From NCBI RefSeq assembly GCF_006345805.1, contig NC_043005.1, forward strand, positions 63,550,001-63,614,000: a stretch of DNA of 64,000 nucleotides, written 5' to 3'. Numbering within the stretch: the stretch's first letter is position 1; every line of letters begins with the position of its first letter. Of the stretch, positions 12,859-27,185 are shown piece by piece. The position numbers and the translations under genes were made by a program. This DNA comes from Octopus sinensis (taxonomy: Eukaryota). The notes under the pieces are model-generated. The model had not been told where the DNA came from and did not search any database. It saw only the letters and a list, made by a program, of their open reading frames with translations.

Positions 12859-13071
12859 GATTTCAAATTTTAGCACAGGGCTTGCAATTTCCCGGAAGGG
12901 GCTACATCGATTTGATCCACCCCAGCACTCAACTGGTACTTAATTTATCGACCCCGACAGAATGAAAGGCAAAGTCGACCACGGCGGAATTTGAACTCAG
13001 AACGCAATGTCAGACGAAATGACTCTAAACATTTTGCTCAGCGTGCTAACGATTCTGCTAGCTCACCGCCT
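12859..13071 (-). mobile_element. Full-length SINE (group A, tail type 1) with decayed 20-bp TSD
   Basis: Head GGCGGTGAGCTAGCAGAATCGTTAGCACG, B-box GAGTTCAAATTCC, core GCCTTTCATTCTGTCGGGGTCGATAAATTAAGTACCAG, tail GCCCTGTGCTAAAATTTGAAATC; TSD taagaataattgaagatatt (12839-12858) / taagaatgcttaaagatatt (13072-13091), 17/20. Confidence 0.9.
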
Positions 13072-14130
13072 TAAGAATGCTTAAAGATATTACATTCACT
13101 GTACGGAATCCTCTGTGATTTTCACATGGAGTCGTATTTCACTTTCTTCAAGCTAATGTTTTACAGTATAGTGTAGTTTTGTAATCAAAGACGTACCTTT
13201 TTCTAATTGATGGCATAAAAGATACAAGGGCATTTTAAGCGCTCCATTATGTCAGCAGTACATATTCAGGAAAAATTACATGCATTAATGCATGTGATAT
13301 AGGCCCAACTTTGCACACAAAACTCGGAGTGATTTTTAGTCCATTTTAGAGGGAAAAAGTGCGTCTTATATGACATCGAATACCTTGTATCATACAATTT
13401 GCAATTCAGCGAGTTTTCTTATGAGTAGATGAAGGTTGTCGCAACTGGAAGCAATATAATTAACAAATATATGCTAATTTTAGGTTTTCAGATCATTAAA
13501 ATAACATTGGCACTAAAAACGTAGACTTTTTTCTTTTTAAATTTTCACGTCGAAATCTTATCAATAATAGTATTCTGGTACTATCTGAATATATCAAATC
13601 ATTAAAATAAACTTTATATCAACATTGGCTTGGCATACACAGACGAAAATATAGGATTCGTGTAAAAACTAAAAACAGTAACAAATAAATCTTCTGAAGT
13701 AATTTATTTTATAATTTTTTTTTCGAAACAACTGCGAGTGTATGTAAACAGATGATAGACGAAGTGCCAATGACAAACACTAGACTTGCGTTCACTGAAA
13801 AATATCAGCATTTGTGAATGAAAACTGTTACAGGAAGTTTAAAATAGACATCTAGGCTTTGATATTGATTGAAACTATTACTGAAATTCTAAAATAGAAC
13901 TTGGTGTTTACGCATTGATCGAAACTTACACAGAAATATTAAAATAGATTTTAGTAATTGCATATTGACTAAAAGTACTGCTTGAGACAGACCGGAAGAA
14001 GAGTTGAAGTTTGTACATTTTGCTATGATATACAAACAAATGTTATTATAGATGATGTTCCGATTTCATAGCTGCAATTAAAAATCTTTTTTGCTAAATT
14101 GAAATAGGAAACAGTTTCGTTTTAAAACTA

Positions 14131-15075
<945 letters not shown>

Positions 15076-15099
15076 GTATGCGTGCGCGAGCCGGCGCAA

Positions 15100-15248
15100 G
15101 CGAGTGTGTGCGCGCGCCTGCGAGTGTGTGTGTAAGTATGTGTGTGTGTGGATGTGTGAGTGTGTCTGTGTGTATGTCTGGGTGTCAGTGTGTCCGATGA
15201 ATGTATGTAAGTATGTGTGTATATATGTGTGTGCATAGATGTATGTCC

Positions 15249-15279
<31 letters not shown>

Positions 15280-15984
15280 AGTGTGTATGTATGTACGTGT
15301 GTGTGTGTGGAAGTGTGTGTATGTGCATGTGTGTGCGCGTACATGCAGGTGTGTGAGTGAGTGTGTGTGTGTATGTATGTATGTGTACGTGCGTGTGTGT
15401 GTGTCTATGCATGTATGCGTGTAGGTGTGCGTGTGTGCATGCATGCATGCATGTGCGTATGTGTGTGTGTGCATGTGTGTGGGTATATATGTATATGCGT
15501 ATATGTGTGTGTATGTGCGTACATGTGTGTGTGTATGCATGTGTGTGTATGTAGGTGTGTAGGCGTGTGTGTATAGGTGTATGTATGTAAGTATGTATGG
15601 GTGTGTCCGTGTATGTGTGTGTATGTATGTGTGTGTATGTAGGTGTGTGGGCGTGTGTGTATAGGTGTATGTATGTATGTCTGGGTGTGTCCGTGCATGT
15701 TGTGTGGTTGTGTGTATGCATGTGTATGTAGGTGTGTGTGTACGTGTGTAATGCATGTGTGTATGCGTGTGTGTGCGTGTGTATGCGTGCGTGTGTGTAT
15801 GTAGGTGCGTATGTATGTGTGTGGGAGTGTAGGTGTGTGCGTGCGTGTGCGTGTTTATGTTGGTGTGTGCGTATGTGAATATATATATATATATATATAT
15901 AAGTATATATATATATATATACGTATATATGTATATGTATATATATGTATATATATAAGTAAATATATATATAAGTATATATAT

Positions 15985-16030
<46 letters not shown>
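15100..16030. repeat. Long degenerate (TG)n/(TATG)n tract ending in (TA)n
   Basis: Direct inspection; source of the 381-aa HT/YI-repeat ORF. Confidence 0.95.
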
Positions 16031-16032
<2 letters not shown>

Positions 16033-16174
16033 GGTCCCGGGTTGAGTCGGGTTAACCACAGTAAATAAGGTACTCAATACATAGCAGAGTAAATTAATTT
16101 ATTTTATAGAAGGAGCTTCTACAGGACTAGAACTTTTTCATTCAAAAGAAATCATATATATAATATATTAAATG

Positions 16175-16234
16175 GAGACAAAACCACTATTAGGCAAATC
16201 AATTGTTTGATTTGCCTAATAGTGGTTTTGTCTC
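16175..16234. repeat. Perfect 28-bp inverted repeat with 4-nt loop
   Basis: GAGACAAAACCACTATTAGGCAAATCAA-ttgt-TTGATTTGCCTAATAGTGGTTTTGTCTC; extends imperfectly to about 16164-16245. Confidence 0.95.
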
Positions 16235-16328
16235 TAATTTAATATAATATAATATTTTACAATAAAATTGGATTCAATCCTAAATCTGATTTTTCCCTGT
16301 AAGTTTGGATTTATTCCCTAATACTTAT

Positions 16329-16382
<54 letters not shown>

Positions 16383-16458
16383 CATACATACATACATACA
16401 TATACATACATACATAGATACATACATACATACATAGATACATACATACATACATATA

Positions 16459-16742
16459 TGCCCTGCTACAAAAGAAGAAATTGGCATAACGTGGAAGTAG
16501 ATGTCTTCAAAAAAGGAATTAGACATCCTCCTCTCCACAATACCGGATGAACCAACAGCCCGACATGAGATACAGATGAGGGCAGTGGACTCAAACTCAA
16601 TTATACATTAAATGTACCAACAGCTGGAAAAAAGGCATATACAGGAGTGGTGATGTGAAGCACCCAGACTGAGGAAGTAATAAAAACCATGGTGGTGCTC
16701 CAGCATGACCACATCCGCATGGCTGAAACGAGAAAAAGAGTA
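16459..16742 (+). mobile_element. CR1-group (CR1/L2/Crack-like) LINE 3' end
   Basis: [13 protein letters not shown]/(frameshift)[31 protein letters not shown] fits the FK-x-x-LD-x-x-L-x-x-IPD-x-P...SNS ORF2 terminus; followed by a short 3' UTR ending GGTGCTCCAGCATGACC...CTGAAACGAGAAAAAGAGTA. Confidence 0.75.
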
Positions 16743-17130
16743 TATATATATCTATACATATAAATTTGACATGGGCGATTCTTTCTTGATTTGGGATTCA
16801 CGGTCAAAAGGCTGGGTGAAATTGTGCAAAAATCTATACGTATGGGTAGATTGATCCGGTGGTGATGATGGGCGTTGTATTTTTTCATAGCTTTCATGGT
16901 TACCGAGATAATCTACTATAATCATAATCTTGTGTTTATGAATGAGAAAGGAAGGGGTGATACATGAATATGGAAGAATGGGGTGATGTCATACTTGATA
17001 GTGTGATGATGAAAATTTTACGCTGAAAGAAATAAATGAAACAGCGTTTAAAATCTGTGTGAATATGGGTGTGTATGTAAAAGGGGAGTATGTGAATGTG
17101 TGTGTGTGTGTGTGTGTGTGTGTGAGTGTC

Positions 17131-17175
<45 letters not shown>

Positions 17176-17249
17176 GTAAGCTCACTAGAAGTGGGATGGT
17201 TGGGGTATGTGAATGTGTGTGTTTATGTTTGTGTATGCAAGCGGAATAC

Positions 17250-18398
17250 CTATGACATTTGTAATGTGAAGTCCTTTCATGGATCGGAATGCTGGAAAGA
17301 CTACAGTCTGGTGCGAGCAAAGTTCTGGATGATGATTAAAGTGAATGAGAGGGTCAGATGGCATTCCTCGGCGTCTGAATGTCCACAAGATATATGATGT
17401 TGTGTTGAAGAAAGAGTTACAGACTCGCTTGTCTGGTACTAAAAACACTACAGTATGGGAAGATTTTCGAGACCAGGTTCTTCAAGGTGCTGCTGAAACA
17501 CTGGGATAAGCTACTGCCAGACACAGAGACTGGTTTGATGAAGATGATGCTGAAGTTTAGCGACTATTGGTTGTAAAGCACCATGCACACAATATATTGC
17601 TGCACACAGAACTTTCAGCCGTGCAATGAAATCTAGCACTTGCCCATTATAGTAGTGTAAAATCACTACTGCAGAGATCTCGCAGGAAGATGCAGAACAC
17701 TTGGTGGGAGGATCTTGCTCGTGATATTTAGGCTGCTTTTGATGCAAGTTATGAAGCAAATTTATGGGCCTAAGAGCTCTACATCAGCTCCTTTGCTTTC
17801 CAAGGAATTTTCTACTCTATATACTAAATCAACAGAAATCACAGGTCACTGGATTGAACACTTCTCTGAACTCCTGAACCATGAGTCATTTGTGAATGAA
17901 ACAGTGATTGGTACTATGCAACAAAAACCTGTCATTGGTTCCTTAAATTCCACGGCCTCAATAGATAAGTTAATGACAGCAATAAGTAAATTGAATCTTG
18001 ATAGAGTACCTGGAAAGGATGGAATTTGTGCTGAGGTCTTGCGATTTGGTGGTGATTTTATCATTGTCTCTTCATGAACTTATTAGTGTAGTCTGGAGGG
18101 ATGCTGCAATGCCTAAGGATTGGAAAGATGGAATTATTCTTCCTCTCTATAAAGGAAAAGGAGCCAGAATAATGTGTGGTAACTACAGAGGTATTGCCCT
18201 ATTATCAGCTGCTGGCAAGGTTCTGACAAATATTATTCTTACCCGCTTGAATGGGGTTCTCGTAAATGATGTCCTATCTGAATTTTAATGTGGCTTCCGA
18301 TCTGGTAGAGTGACAATAGATATGATTTTACAGCAAGACAGATGCAGGAGAAATGCGCTGGGCAGAATATGGATCTTGACCAGGTATTCATTGATTTG
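17250..18398 (+). mobile_element. RTE-clade LINE fragment (end of endonuclease, linker, N-terminal RT), pseudogenised
   Basis: [17 protein letters not shown]; HRDWFDEDD; WIEHFSELLN; VPGKDGICAEVLRFGG; PKDWKDGIILPLYKGKG...CGNYRGIALLSAAGKVL; CGFRSGR; [18 protein letters not shown]. Has stops and frameshifts; cut off at (TA)n. Confidence 0.93.
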
Positions 18399-18466
<68 letters not shown>

Positions 18467-19995
18467 TATATATATATTATATATATATATACATATACAT
18501 GCATGTACACATACATACATATTTACGTATATATACGTGTACATAAACACACACATATATATATACATATATGTGTATATGTATTTATATATATATATAC
18601 ACACATATGTATTTATGTATACATATATTTATGTATATATATATATATAGGATCAGTAATCGATTAGTAACCGATTAGTAATCGTTGCAATTGAAACCCT
18701 ACAATAGAGCGATGCAGTTCCTTCAGGTCTTAACTTGATATCGCTCGGCATGGACGTTTAATGATTTTCTTTTATATATGAGCATCAGAGGGTATGCTTA
18801 TATGTATATGTTCATGTATTTGCATGCATTCGCGTCGCGTGTACATGATTACAAGGTACAGTTATTTCTCATTCAGTCTGATAAGGTTTCTCCCAAGGTT
18901 TTGCCGACAAAATTTTTTCCAATGAATTATGTATTTATAATTAGTATCATGTTACCATATATTCTACACCTGGCATACTAGATGCATAAAGATTTTGACA
19001 TTTAACTGGAGATATATTTCCAAAAGCTGTATTATGATAGCTTCAACATTTTCATTCAATATTCAGTATTTAGTTAATATTTAGAATGGTATTTTTAATG
19101 GAGCAGGCATTCTTGTTTCAGGTATTGGACTAAGCATGAATCTGTTATCATTGTAGTGCAATAGTACAAGAAATGACATTCTCACAGCCTTTAAAACGAA
19201 GTTTTTGCAGTATTCGTTGTATACTTAGTTAAAATGATACTTCCTCGTTCTGCATTTAATTTTTTTTTCTTTTTATCATTTAACAATTGTGTCAGTTTTC
19301 TTTAAGGATAGTCTGCTTTTAAGGAGACATTGCTAAGGAGCCATGCCTTTATTTCCTGATTGAGTGAAGAAAAGAGAAAATAGAATAGAAGAAAACAAAA
19401 TAAAATAAAATAAGATTGAATGAAACAGCTGCCAGAAAGTGAAAAAGAAACGAGAGCGATATTGCAAAACGAGACGTAAATAAAAAGACAGGTAGAATAG
19501 AATTGGAACGTAGACAGCGATTCACATTGAGATGATAGACGGAAAATCTGAAGTGTGGACAGAAGCAAATGTAATCCGACTCGAGCAAAGAGGTTAAGTA
19601 GCAGCATTTCTGATGAATGGAAGTAAATGTGTGAACATTTATAAGTTAATAAATGAGTTAATGCTGATACATACATTGCTGCGACAATTTTATTTACACT
19701 ACACTTATGTTACAATATCCATTTCTAACACAAATTCTCTGAAATAGAAAGAACCGACTTGGTTTCTGCTTAAATAAGACTGTCCACAAGTCTGTACATT
19801 CTTACGATGACAGGAAAAATTCATCCAAAGCCATGAATTTACCAGATCAAGACATGTGGTGGAAACGTTTACTTTGCAACCACACGGTTGCTGGTACGAT
19901 TCTACAGGCAAGAATTTCTCAATACAGAATTCCCAAATTAGTCAACTAATACATTGCCAGTGAAATCTGATAGACTAAAACTGTATGGAATCCCG

Positions 19996-20044
<49 letters not shown>

Positions 20045-20380
20045 GTGTGTGTGTGTGTGTGTGTGTGTGCGTGCGTGTGTGTGTGTAAATATATACACAC
20101 ATATTTATGTTTGTATGTATGTGTGTGTATATGTATATATATATATTTCCTTATTTTATTCGAACACATAAGACAGCTATTATGCTTCCTCCCCACAAAA
20201 AACCACAACGTGGACTTTGTTGAGACCAGTAAGAAACAATTATGAACTTTTTATTACACTTAACTTTTTAAAATATTTTTGATAAGGTTCGTTTTTTCAA
20301 GAAGAACCAAAACATGTAAAATTTCTAAGAAAATTAAAATTTAACTTATATAGTGGCGTTTTCAAACTTCTTTTTTATAA

Positions 20381-20426
<46 letters not shown>

Positions 20427-20440
20427 GCACACACACACAA

Positions 20441-20482
<42 letters not shown>

Positions 20483-21540
20483 GCATACGTGCATGCATGA
20501 TTTGTGTGTATGTGTTTATGTGTTTGTGCGTGTGTTTGCACGCGTACATCTGTGAAAGCTGTAAAAAGTGAGATCACAGAAAAAGTAAAACAAACGGTGT
20601 TCTCGAAAGAAATTTCCTTCCAATGTTTGTTTTGTATCAAGCTGCATAGACGCTTCCTCAATCAGAAATGCAACGTATCGTCGATTGGTCAAATAGAGAA
20701 ATGTGATTCACGCCATTTTTCTTCATTTGTGATATTAAAAAAAGTAAGTAAATAAATATGCGACGTTTTGTACTTCAGATGTAGTTGACATATGGCTCGT
20801 AACTTGACTTGTTGCTTAGGTCGCAGAACCTTAGATTTTGCGATAGATATTGTACTACTAGTTGCAGTATTAATGGCTCATAACTTATACAAAAGCACCT
20901 ATCAATAAACTGTTATCGGCTCTGTCATCATTACATGTTAAAACCTCGATATTTCAAGGGTAGAATGTTTTATGCTAATCTACAGTTACTTCTATCCTAA
21001 ATTCATGTCTACGACATACATACACATACAGAAGTAAGCATTGGACACACATCAATATACGTATGGATATGCGTTTGTGCTTCCTCGTATATAAGGATAC
21101 ACAGACAAACATGCGTAAGACTTATGCATACATCTGCTCCATATGTACTGATAATATAAATATATATAATTATATTTGACTATATCTTTGTATATGCGTC
21201 TATGTGTACAAGCGTGCATGTGCTTCTGTATCAATTTCCGCCGTAAACTACATCTATTTTCTTACAATAATTCTAAACAAAACAAAATGCAGTGTACCTG
21301 GTTCTATCTGCGGTTTTTATCATTATTTCTTGTTTCTAGAACTATTGTTTTTGAACTTTACAGACGTACATGTATACATGCATATATACATGCATGGTTA
21401 CATACATGCATGCATACGTACATGCATACACATGTATACATGATGGCAGTAACTCAATTTCGAATGCTGTCATTGCTTGATTGTCCGTTTCAGTACGTGC
21501 AACATGGATGTAGCTTTTCAGTTCTACTAAGGAGCTGCAC

Positions 21541-21670
21541 TGCGATGGATTGGCGTCTCTGCGATGGACTGGCGTCCCGTTCAGCTGGGGAACACATACG
21601 CCATAGAAACCAGGAAACCGGGCCCATGAGCCTGGCTAGGCTTTAAAATGACGCATTTATTTATTTTTAG
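21541..21670 (+). mobile_element. 5'-truncated SINE (group C 3' module) with TSD
   Basis: TSD GGAGCTGCAC (21531-21540 / 21671-21680); GCGATGGACTGGCGTCCCGTTCAG resembles the V-SINE central domain; (TTTA)n tail; first 19 nt duplicated. Confidence 0.85.
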
Positions 21671-21734
21671 GGAGCTGCACACTTCAGCTCAGATGTGGCT
21701 ACAATGGGAATGTCTTCCAGTCGGTGTTAAAATA

Positions 21735-22115
21735 ATATTTTGATATATCTCCATATAACGTTTCAGTCTGCTTCGTGATGCACATTATTTTCCTTACACC
21801 TGTAAGTGCAGATGCTGTATAATGCATAGCTCACAACTTCCCAGTGTTCGTGGCTTCTCTGATGTTTTCTGATAACCTACATTACTTATAGAGACATGCC
21901 CGCACTCGTTACATGTTAAAATGTGCTGTGTACCAACATAGCTTCTTTCACATCAAGTCCCTTACGAACATCTCTTTTGAAGTTTTCACGCTCGATAGGG
22001 TTTTGTTTAAATTCCCACATTTCCTTATGCACTGTTTTCCTCCACTACGCAATCTAGAGCGAGGTCTTCACATCCATTCGATGCAATCGTTATACCTTAA
22101 GTTTAGTTTGTACAC
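21735..22115 (-). mobile_element. RTE-clade LINE 3' fragment with two C2H2 zinc-finger remnants
   Basis: Minus strand: EDLALD...WRKTVHKEMWEF...KRDVRK, then TCNECGHVSISNVGYQK/HQRSH (Cx2Cx12Hx3H with one frameshift) and CASRSRLKRYMEIY. Confidence 0.7.
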
Positions 22116-22461
22116 TGGATAACTCACTATACACGCTTACATGCATATATACATATATACAAATAGATAGAAAGAGCTGTTTATATCATATTTGTGATGA
22201 AGTTTACATCCCCATCATTTGCAGCTGTCCAAAACTACTTGCAAGGTACCTTTCCATGAGACATGATATTGTCGTTGAAACCATTTACAATGTAATCCAC
22301 AGGAAGAATTGTCTCGATGTTCATACGACATGCTCTCCAGAACCAGAACGTAACCGCACCCTTAAAAATAAATAATACTAGTGATACATGTCTATAAAAA
22401 TAGTAACCCGTGTAAACACAACATTACGGATATAGTTCTAAACGATGGATATAATTCTAAA

Positions 22462-22659
22462 TGAGATCCATTCGCGGACCGAGCTCTGTGTTGTGTTCTA
22501 GAGCAAAACGCTTTACATAAACACACACACAAACACAAACACACACACACACACACACACACTCACTCACTCACACACTCACACATGCTTGTGTGTGTGT
22601 TTGTGTAAAGTATTTTGCTCTAGAACACAACACAGAGCTCGGTCCGCGAATGGATCTCA
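22462..22659. repeat. Long inverted repeat (69-bp arms, first 47 bp perfect) made from a SINE segment
   Basis: 22462-22530 versus the reverse complement of 22591-22659; spacer is (CA)n/(CACT)n; the right arm continues into a minus-strand SINE head (22660-22710). Confidence 0.95.
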
Positions 22660-22761
22660 CTACCCCGTGATTGTGAGCCCGACGCTCCAACCACTAAGAC
22701 ATGTCTCTTCACACACACATACAACATGTGTGTGTGTGTGTGTGTGTACATACTGTATATA

Positions 22762-22831
<70 letters not shown>

Positions 22832-22876
22832 AATATATATATAAATATATATATATAAATATATATATATAAATAT

Positions 22877-22936
<60 letters not shown>

Positions 22937-23146
22937 CATATACATGTATGTATATGTATATGAGAGGTATTGGTATCCAGAAGACCCAAGGTGGCAGGTA
23001 ACAGTATGTAAATGCTTTGGATGGACCGTAGTTGAACTCTCGGTTCGATAATGATACGAGTGAGAAGGCTAATGCGGGTCTTGTATGAGCATGTCTCATT
23101 TTATTTAACGCACACACACGCGCACACATATATATACATACACATA

Positions 23147-23346
23147 TAAGGTGTTAAAAAAGTCTCTCCGCTGTAAATCTTTTCTCCAAGATACGTCCAA
23201 ATGAAGGACGACACTTTCAACACCTTTTATAACATTTTTTTTAAAGTCTTGTAAAATCTAATATATTTTTTGTAGCCCTATACTATCTTATAAAGTTTTA
23301 TTTTGTAATAAGATACTTAATGCGGAGAGACTTTTTGAACACCATG
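23147..23346. mobile_element. 200-bp Tc1/mariner-type MITE
   Basis: TIRs TAAGGTGTTAAAAAAGTCTCTCCGC / GCGGAGAGACTTTTTGAACACCATG, flanked by TA on both sides. Confidence 0.85.
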
Positions 23347-24327
23347 TATATAATGTTCGCATAGTCAAGCTCTTTCAATTACATAGCCATATTCTTTCAA
23401 TCGTACAGATGTCTCAGTCTTTGAAGCTAAATACCTGTGTGTATATGTGTGTGTGAGTGTGTATGTGTGTGCGTATCTATACACACCTATGTAACTTTTC
23501 CCCACTAGTTATGGTTGTCTCCTGCTGTTTTTCTATACTCAATCGAAAGGAATAAATAAAAGAAACAAAAATATATAAATAAAAAAAACGCAATGTGTTG
23601 TTCTGCATTCGATTTCTTTTTTTACTAACACGAACATTGATGGGTAGACTTTCCACTAATTAAATAGAATTCTAATAATTATATTATCTCTGCATCGATA
23701 TACCTATCAAACTAGTTCATCTCTTAATCCAGGAATCTGACTATGATTGTCAGATTGATAAAAATGTACTCTTCTTGAAAAACATAAGACATTACTTTGT
23801 CTACTTGCACAATAATTTCTTTGTTTTGTAACTGTTGTTCTGAATCTTGTTAACTCAGCCTGATATCTAAAAGCCTCGATAATAAGTAATCTCCCTGTCT
23901 TTTATGTATGTCTGTCTCTGACGTTCTCTCTTTCTCTCTCTCTACCACTGTTTCACTCTTTCCCTTGAGGGCCAAGAAGAAATTTGGAATGAAGCCTAAG
24001 CTTTGAATAAATATAATAAAGTCTGTTACATGTAAGGAGTAATTCTCTTCTATTGTTTGTTCAAACGCGCGCCTGTACACACACGCACGCACACACACAC
24101 ACACACACACACATACACACACACACGTACTTTCATATATATATATCTATATATAGACAAACATAGTTGCATACATATTCATATACACACGTGAACACAC
24201 AAACTCATGGATATACACACGCACATATATATTATTGTTGTTGAAATCGACCACTATTCCACTAATGAAGTTTCACGCCGTAAGGCATATCAATGAAACA
24301 CACTATCTTTGAAACACACTATCTATT

Positions 24328-24375
<48 letters not shown>

Positions 24376-24493
24376 CATGTATGTGTGTATATATGTATGT
24401 GTGTGTGTATGCATATGTATATGTCTGTATATATATATGTATATATATATATATATATTATATATATATATATATATATATCTATATATATAT

Positions 24494-24524
<31 letters not shown>

Positions 24525-25136
24525 TATATATACTTTATTTGTCGGTTAGTGAGGCAACTAATGGTTTCATGTCAAGCAATCTTCACAATTGTCCAACCGT
24601 ACCACGTAGAAGTGTTAGTACGCGTCTCCAATTTAGATAAGGATACGCAAGTTACACAAGATTGAGCATGATTTTGAAATAATTATAAAACTTATAAAAT
24701 TATTTTCATTGTTACTTACCTTGAATTAGCCCTGGATTTTCGCAAGAAACTGCTTCTATGATAGATTAATTCCTTAAATATCTTATGCGGGAACGCTCAT
24801 GCATGTTCATATTTATAAACATATATATATATATATATATATGTGTGTGTACACATACTTATACACACATATAAAAAATATAAAAGTACACACACATACG
24901 CATGTATACATACACTTGCAATATGCATTTTGTTCATTTTTGAGTATGTGTTTATAATTATTTATGGGAATTCTTAAATTCTTTTACGCTAAACTTTGTC
25001 TATGGTATTGTATGTTCATAAGTTCATTTACAAATGATTTTTCTGTGAATTATATGATGTCAAAAGTATGTGTTATCCATGTAAATCTGTGTAGTGAGGG
25101 AATCCAGCTTAAGTTCATAGGAGTATGTCTTTTAGC

Positions 25137-25285
25137 TGTAGATTGATAAATTTTACAAAGCAGCGAAATAGACATTATCAGCGAACCTATTGCAATTAAC
25201 ATTTTACACACATCAAAGCCTCCTCAAACCTTACTCGATGGATGTGTAGCAATGCAACCATTGACTGGTTCAAGAAATTTGAAGA
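25137..25285 (+). mobile_element. Penelope-like reverse transcriptase fragment
   Basis: CRLINFTK/SEIDIISEPIAINIL/IKASSNLTRWMCSNATIDWFKKFEDQPKCI fits the PLE RT segment CRLINP-x-KSEIG-x-IS...LNQW...VIDWF; a group A SINE head (minus) follows at 25283-25341. Confidence 0.6.
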
Positions 25286-26134
25286 TCAGCCCAAATGTAT
25301 TTTGCCCGGCGGGCAAACGATTCTGCCACTTCACCGTCTTGGCCTGCCGAGTAGTGAGTTATGTCTTATGCGACCCGCTTCTCGAAAAAGGTTACCGATT
25401 CCTGTTCTCATTATCTCAGGTCTTCAGATATATATAATCGTTTTGATAAATATTGTCTCACCTTTAGAAATCTAGAAAAAATAACACAACAAAAGACAAA
25501 TGCAGATAGGAAGAAGTGAAAAAGAGACTATTATGCATGACGTTCTGAGAGAAGGAATAAAGTAATTTGATTCCATGACCAGTCTTTATTTAGCCTTTAG
25601 TAGCTGAAACTTTAACAACATTACACTTCTATCTGAAACTTGATGATGAAATTGCTTGGATATTTTCTCTGTTTAAATCACATATCGGAACAAAGAAACG
25701 TCAAGATAATCATTTTAATGAGTTATAATATCTTGAAACATATTCATCAGTGACTACTTAATGTTTCTTCACTTGGCTTAATTTTTGGCAAATATCCATT
25801 TTCTTCTGTATCCATGTTTTAGCTTGGTTCATACAGTACCACATCATTCATTGTTCATCAGAACAATTTAATTGTTTTCAATAATTGTTATTGAGCTATT
25901 GAAATTCATTGAAATGTCCAGTTTAGTACTCTACTGTCGAAAGTAAAACTTAAATTAACTTCAGACTCATGTACGCGATCTCACACATGCACATATGAAT
26001 ACATATACGAATGCACAGACATATCTTTGTACTTAAACACGCACAAGTTTATACAGTTTACATACAGACATTGACACGCAATCATACAAACACATTGATT
26101 AAAACTTAAATATTTTCGTATAACTACAAACAGT

Positions 26135-26300
26135 GAAGGCATGTTGCCTTGTGGTTAGAACGATCAGTTAGCATTCAATTCCTAGAGAGGACGGCGTGTT
26201 TTGTTCTTGAGTAAAGCAATTCATTGCACGTTGCAATGGCTACCGACCAGATGGTAGTGCAGGATGGTAGTGCAGGATGGTAGTGCAGGATGGTAGTGCA
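26135..26300 (+). mobile_element. Degraded group C SINE head plus 13-bp minisatellite x4
   Basis: GAAGGCATGTTGCCTTGTGGTTAG head; GATGGTAGTGCAG repeated four times at 26250-26300. Confidence 0.65.
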
Positions 26301-27033
26301 TGCCTCTCTCTGGATGCTGGGTGAATAAACTTATACTTGTTAATTCACTAGAAGCGATAAATTACAGAACTCAATATACGTGTTGAGTATTATTTTGTAT
26401 ATTATTATTAAATAGTTTGAGTTATTCGTTTCTGATCATCGGCTGGTAATACTCGCAACAACATAGGTACTTATAACAATCGATTAACGAAACCATGAAC
26501 TCTGCTTCCTACCAAACCACATATGATTGCAAGTCAAGGCTGGTAGTAATGTATTTACGGCTGCACAGAACTATATTTCTCAACAGCAAATAGGAATATT
26601 CTTTAATATATAATTGAATACATGTAATCACATATATACCAGATTATCATTCTAAGATATTATCTAAGGAAATATTTGCTGACATTTACACACTAACATT
26701 GAAATACATAACGCATATATATGTGTGTGTGCGTGGACGTGTGTGTGTTTTTGTGAGTGTGTGTGATATATGTATGTATGTATTTGTGTGTGCGTATACT
26801 TTGCCGGGGGGATCAGGAAGTCTACCAATGGTTTCATACAAAAAGAGATTTTTACATTTGTTCAAGCTTACCTCAGTATTCTCATTCAAAAAGAAGACGA
26901 CAACCAACTCAAACAATTGTAAAATCTCCTCTTACGTGAAACGACTGGTAGCCTTGTTAACCGACACATAAAGAATCTATCCACCAACGCAGTGTTGAGC
27001 ACTCATTCTCACTGTTCGATATTAGCGTGTGTG

Positions 27034-27087
<54 letters not shown>

Positions 27088-27185
27088 ATATACACGCATT
27101 TACGTGTAAATATAAATATATACAACACACAAATGCATTCATACATAGATACACACACAAATACATACACATACACGCCTATATA

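Noticed and set aside
26250-26300. Short direct-repeat arrays (also 49174-49221, 62018-62068, 18651-18684) as CRISPR-like
   Set aside because: Head-to-tail repeats without unique spacers, no cas genes, eukaryotic context
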